From assembly GCA_040388745.1 (NCBI GenBank), contig JAZKBF010000037.1, positions 3,147 to 67,146 of the forward strand: a DNA stretch of 64,000 bases, read 5' to 3'. The notes under the pieces are model-generated. The model was not told the DNA's origin, searched no databases, and saw only the letters and a list, made by a program, of their open reading frames with translations. Position 1 is the first letter of the stretch. The number at the start of each line of letters is the position of its first letter. Made by a program: the position numbers and the translations under genes. Positions 60,901-64,000 of this stretch are shown one piece after another. The stretch is from Bacteroidota bacterium. GTDB taxonomy: Bacteria > Bacteroidota > Bacteroidia > 2-12-FULL-35-15.

Positions 60901-62283
60901 TACCAGGTTACTTTAATTACCCATTCAACTAACCTTGGCTGTCCGGATACCCTAAAGGATAGCATTACCGTGTTTCCTATGCCGGTTGCTAAATTTAGTT
61001 TTACTAACGTATGTTTTAATCAAGCTATGAATTTTAATGACTCTTCAATGGTTTCAACCGGAACTATTACTAACTGGTCATGGAATTTTGGTGATGGCAC
61101 TTCACTAATTACGGATCAACATACAAGCCATATCTACACAGCTTTTGGAACATACAATGCTACTTTGATTGTTACCACCAACAATGGATGTAAGGATACC
61201 ATTTCAAAAACTGTGGTGGTTCATCCATTGCCTGTTGTTAAGTACAGTACTGCCAATGTGTGCGATGGCAGCACTGTTTTCTTTAATGATCTATCAACTA
61301 TTCCTACAACGGATACCATACAATCCTATACATGGAATTTTGGTGACAACAGCCCCTTTAATACCAACCAAAACACTTCACATTTATATCCTGCTCCCGG
61401 ATCCTATGTTGTTAAGCTAATGGTTGAATCTTATTTTGGGTGCTCCGATTCTATCAGTAAAACAAGCATCATTCACCCTAATCCGGTTGTAAATTATATC
61501 GCAAATGACTCTGTTGGTTGTGAACCATTATGTGTTAGTTTTCAAAATTTATCCTCTATTTTAACAGGCACAAATGCTACCTGGTTATGGAGTTTTGGTG
61601 ATGGAAGTCCTACAAGCAATTCAGAGTACCCAACCAATTGTTATACCAATGATTCGATTTATTCACTAAACTCTTTTAATGTTACTTTAACTGCCACTTC
61701 GGATAGCGGCTGCGTTGCCACATTATCTAAAAACAATTATATCACAGTATATCCCAACCCCATCGCGAGCTTCACTGCTCAGCCACAAACAACAACTATT
61801 ACCGACCCTATAATTTCAATTAAAGATTTTTCTACCGGGGCTAATTTCTGGTTTTGGAATTTTGGAGATCAGGACTCTTCTTCTATTATTAATCCGCCCC
61901 CTCACACCTATTCGGATACAGGCGCTTACGTGATCACGTTAATTACAACTACTCTTTATGATTGTATTGATACAGCCTTTCAAACTATAATTATTGAACC
62001 GGATTTTTTATTTTATATTCCTAATGCCTTTTCTCCTAATAACGATGGTATAAATGACACCTTTTATGGAAAAGGAATTTTTATTACTCAATATGAAATG
62101 AGGATATTTGACCGTTGGGGAAATACGATTTTTATTTCTGATGACATCAACAAACATTGGGATGGCAAAGCAAATTATGGAACTGAGATTGCCCAGGGAG
62201 ATGTATATATTTATTCAATTAAGTTAACAGATATTAATAAACGAAAACATGATTACAAAGGAATTGTAACATTGGTGAAGTAA
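57934..62283 (+). CDS. Large T9SS type B surface protein: FIENKGQ N-domain, beta-propeller, about 8 PKD domains, CHU_C-like domain
   Basis: FIENKGQ, NLYAGID, TIDPW, W.FGD repeats, YIPNAFSPNNDGIND...IFDRWG...GIVTLVK. Confidence 0.92.
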   Translation: MKPKSFLSLFSFISKKLPFFFILFYSTYLFSQNSSNDLKETNKTGTKQSNWSSKPFERKAFIENKGQYATDLSPTENNFSYCIDNGTKTFFYNNEVLFYFTRSLLTEEDREEKEDPEEERIRESQLQKTEKQFIKMKWLNANPNATIEVGDEQTVDYGYVISKNVPKNYTAHCKGYSKLKIKNLYAGIDVEYFFTEKEGFKYNLYISAGADISQIQQQYEGVKNIELLYGNIFIETIQGDVIDHAPISYATSNKEQKIASSFSLKNNIVSFNIENTGNQAITIDPWVSVPAMPTSPVDNGVDRYGNTYVTSHLYILEKYSPTGALISSTDVMGGASPYYGDMLTDSRGYCFYNTVGFHARGDASAVDSAGNFLWDSFGITECWRFVLNECNQQVLSLTGYRHSATGFAKIDTETGALTGYTQSGTCCQDPHCGAIDYNGDVYCVVSENGAGSKIYKWTPGNTISTTYPAVGSWGYGTGYVADGGFAQGYNGMTILGNNLYIFDGATLFKVNKTNGAIVTQVTVPGGVNKKNGGIYITSCGKIFVGSGTGVYMYDMNFNQIDFKATTGKVFDLAFNTFNQTISVCGPGHVTELAFVIPPCIFQTQPFIQPSCGGLPNGYIKLNLAGGVPDYTYTWTNNGVPLSQITDSIGNLAPGTYKCLYTDNKCPIPNRDSILIVVPLVTTNAAFTFNDVCDPVPALFVDSSYVDSGTINKWSWKFGDGNTSILQNPSYTYAHSGTYNVTLLSTTSDGCVDSVSKNVKIFPKPEADFSFTNKCNGTAVPFTSISSIGTPGVITAWIWDFGDNTFATGSSTSHTYSSPGNYNVKLIVNSSNSCSDTIVHQITVFNNPIVIFTHSDVCFGDTMHFTNNSTVNIPASISTYLWTFGDGGTTSNSQSPVRFYTTSGTYNVTLIATTADGCANATTNPVNTFDAPTTGYTFNNTCLLASAQFTNTTLSPTMGSTANWTWNFGDGSPLNTTVLSPLHLYTSPGNYQVTLITHSTNLGCPDTLKDSITVFPMPVAKFSFTNVCFNQAMNFNDSSMVSTGTITNWSWNFGDGTSLITDQHTSHIYTAFGTYNATLIVTTNNGCKDTISKTVVVHPLPVVKYSTANVCDGSTVFFNDLSTIPTTDTIQSYTWNFGDNSPFNTNQNTSHLYPAPGSYVVKLMVESYFGCSDSISKTSIIHPNPVVNYIANDSVGCEPLCVSFQNLSSILTGTNATWLWSFGDGSPTSNSEYPTNCYTNDSIYSLNSFNVTLTATSDSGCVATLSKNNYITVYPNPIASFTAQPQTTTITDPIISIKDFSTGANFWFWNFGDQDSSSIINPPPHTYSDTGAYVITLITTTLYDCIDTAFQTIIIEPDFLFYIPNAFSPNNDGINDTFYGKGIFITQYEMRIFDRWGNTIFISDDINKHWDGKANYGTEIAQGDVYIYSIKLTDINKRKHDYKGIVTLVK

Positions 62284-62399
62284 TGATTTTCAATCGAAAC
62301 TTTTCAATCAATCTTATCTCTTCCTCTCAGAATGCATAAATTTGTTAATAATTTTTCATACCTTTCAAATAGATTTAGTTTCAATTTAAATACATCATC

Positions 62400-62795
62400 A
62401 TGTCAAGATCAATTATAAAAAATAAAGTTGTTTTAGCAATTATAGCCATCCTTGTATTTTTCTTTGCTTCCTCTACTGTAAGTCAAGCCCAAGGCAACAA
62501 CAATAATCCAACAACGGATAAAAAATATGTTAGGGTTGATATTGGGCATGGAGCAATGCATTGCCCTTTCCTAAGTCCGAAGCTAGAAGCTAAGCTCAGA
62601 GAGATAAAAAACATTGAAAATTTTTTTATAGATAAACGCAACAGCTATGCAACATTCAATCTTCCTTCGGATACAGAAATGACATCAGAATCTTTGAAAA
62701 AAATTGGAACGGATGTAGGATACCCTGCAGATGATGTTGTAATTACGATCGACAGCAAGCCGATTAAAGTCGCAACGAAACAGCTACAAAATTAA
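62400..62795 (+). CDS. Exported protein with HMA-like (ferredoxin-fold) domain and atypical metal motif
   Basis: Signal peptide, VRVDIGHGAMHCPFLSPKLEAKLREIKNI, and ESLKKIGTDVGY match the HMA pattern. Confidence 0.6.
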   Translation: MSRSIIKNKVVLAIIAILVFFFASSTVSQAQGNNNNPTTDKKYVRVDIGHGAMHCPFLSPKLEAKLREIKNIENFFIDKRNSYATFNLPSDTEMTSESLKKIGTDVGYPADDVVITIDSKPIKVATKQLQN

Positions 62796-62911
62796 TTTAA
62801 CAATTTTTGCAATTATGCAGTAGGCAATTATTGTGTTATCTAATTCTTAAGCGAATAATTTGAAAGTATTTAAATTTCTTTAAAAATCAAAAAAATATTA
62901 CCGGTAACCTA

Positions 62912-64000
62912 ATGAGTACTATTACTAAACACATTTTAATATTTTTATTTTTTATTCCTTTGCTATGGCCCGGGACTGAAGGGGAGGTTTGCGCACAAAA
63001 CTCAAGCACCTTTATGAGAACCTTTAATGCTGCCGGGATGAATGGTGGTTTATCTTTAGCAACTACAAGTGACGGAGGTTTTGTGGGAACAGGGCAGCAC
63101 GGGACTTCCGGTGCTGGAAGTTGTGATGTGTATGTTTATAAGGTAGATGCATGCGGGCACCCTGAATGGTTTAAGGTTTATGGTGGGACAGGAGAAGATG
63201 GAGGATATTCTGTTCAGCAAACTTCTGACGGGGGGTATATTGTTGCGGGTCTTTGTGCTTTGGGAGCTGGTGGTTATGATATGACATTAATAAAACTTGA
63301 CCCTTTAGGTATTATTGAATGGTCAAAGGTTTACGGAGGCGGAGCCGATGATATGGGCTTACGCGCTAAACAAACTGCCGATGGTGGCTATATCCTATCA
63401 GGGCATTTAACCGGTCTTGGTTACGGAGCAGAGGATCTTGCTTTGATAAAAACAGATGCACTCGGGAATACGTTATGGATTAAAATATACGGAGGGGCCG
63501 GAAGTGAATGGGGTAATTATGTGGAACAGACCAGCGATGGAGGTTTTTTGGCGGTAGGCTACACAACCAGTTTTGGTGCCGGAGGTTTTGATATTTACAT
63601 GATCAAAGTGGATAGTGCAGGCGGGTTACAGTGGACTAAAACATATGGGGGGCCGGGAGGTGAAGCAAGCAGTCAATGGGGGATATCTGGTAAAATAACC
63701 ACTGACGGAGGTATTATGATTTGCGCAAATACAGACAGCTGGGGTGCAGGAAGTAATGATCTCTTAATGATAAAAACAGATAGTATTGGTAACCTGCAAT
63801 GGGCAAAAGCTTACGGAGGAACGAATGATGACCAGCCTCGTTTTGCTGAACAGACAAGCGATGGAGGGTATATCCTTAGCGGGTATACTACCAGTTTTGG
63901 AGCAGGAAGCCTGGATGCTTACCTGGTAAAAACCGACAGCGCAGGAAATCTGCAATGGTCAAATGCTTACGGAGGTGCCGGCTCAGACAGAGGGGCTATG
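62912..64000 (+). CDS. Secreted beta-propeller repeat protein, probable T9SS cargo, 3'-truncated; not in the supplied ORF track
   Basis: Manual translation MSTITKHILIFLFFIPLLWPGTEGEVCAQNSSTFMRTF... with roughly 50-aa repeats W.K.YGG...QTSDGGY...D.YL.K.D..GNLQW running to the window end. Confidence 0.85.
   Translation, partial: MSTITKHILIFLFFIPLLWPGTEGEVCAQNSSTFMRTFNAAGMNGGLSLATTSDGGFVGTGQHGTSGAGSCDVYVYKVDACGHPEWFKVYGGTGEDGGYSVQQTSDGGYIVAGLCALGAGGYDMTLIKLDPLGIIEWSKVYGGGADDMGLRAKQTADGGYILSGHLTGLGYGAEDLALIKTDALGNTLWIKIYGGAGSEWGNYVEQTSDGGFLAVGYTTSFGAGGFDIYMIKVDSAGGLQWTKTYGGPGGEASSQWGISGKITTDGGIMICANTDSWGAGSNDLLMIKTDSIGNLQWAKAYGGTNDDQPRFAEQTSDGGYILSGYTTSFGAGSLDAYLVKTDSAGNLQWSNAYGGAGSDRGAM

Overview
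AT-rich bacterial chromosomal segment with clear Bacteroidota hallmarks: TAnnTTTG -7 promoter boxes, T9SS C-terminal sorting domains, a three-gene sdhCAB, and lipoproteins with Cys-Lys-Lys-Asp N-termini. Housekeeping genes (hrpB, mfd, slyD, RsmB-family methylase, glutaryl-CoA dehydrogenase, sdhCAB, Xaa-Pro aminopeptidase, arfB, RluA-family synthase, panB) are interleaved with four other kinds of content. (i) A probable metal-uptake locus at the left edge: TPR protein, HupE/UreJ, His-rich small ORF ending in a Pro-rich tail, and a TonB-dependent receptor. (ii) A solo cholesterol-dependent-cytolysin-like (CDCL) lipoprotein lacking domain 4. (iii) A 46-aa histone-H1-tail-like protein. (iv) Five large surface proteins with type B (CHU_C-like) T9SS sorting domains, three of them a tandem mosaic array whose last gene is frameshifted, plus a sixth probable secreted beta-propeller protein cut off at the right edge. 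Intergenic DNA holds several families of REP-like palindromes, including two copies of a TA-flanked MITE-like shell carrying different hairpin cargo. Relatives of these palindromes appear inserted in frame inside hrpB and mfd. No rRNA, tRNA, CRISPR array, transposase, integrase or reverse transcriptase was seen. All family assignments come from motif recognition by eye; no database search was run.
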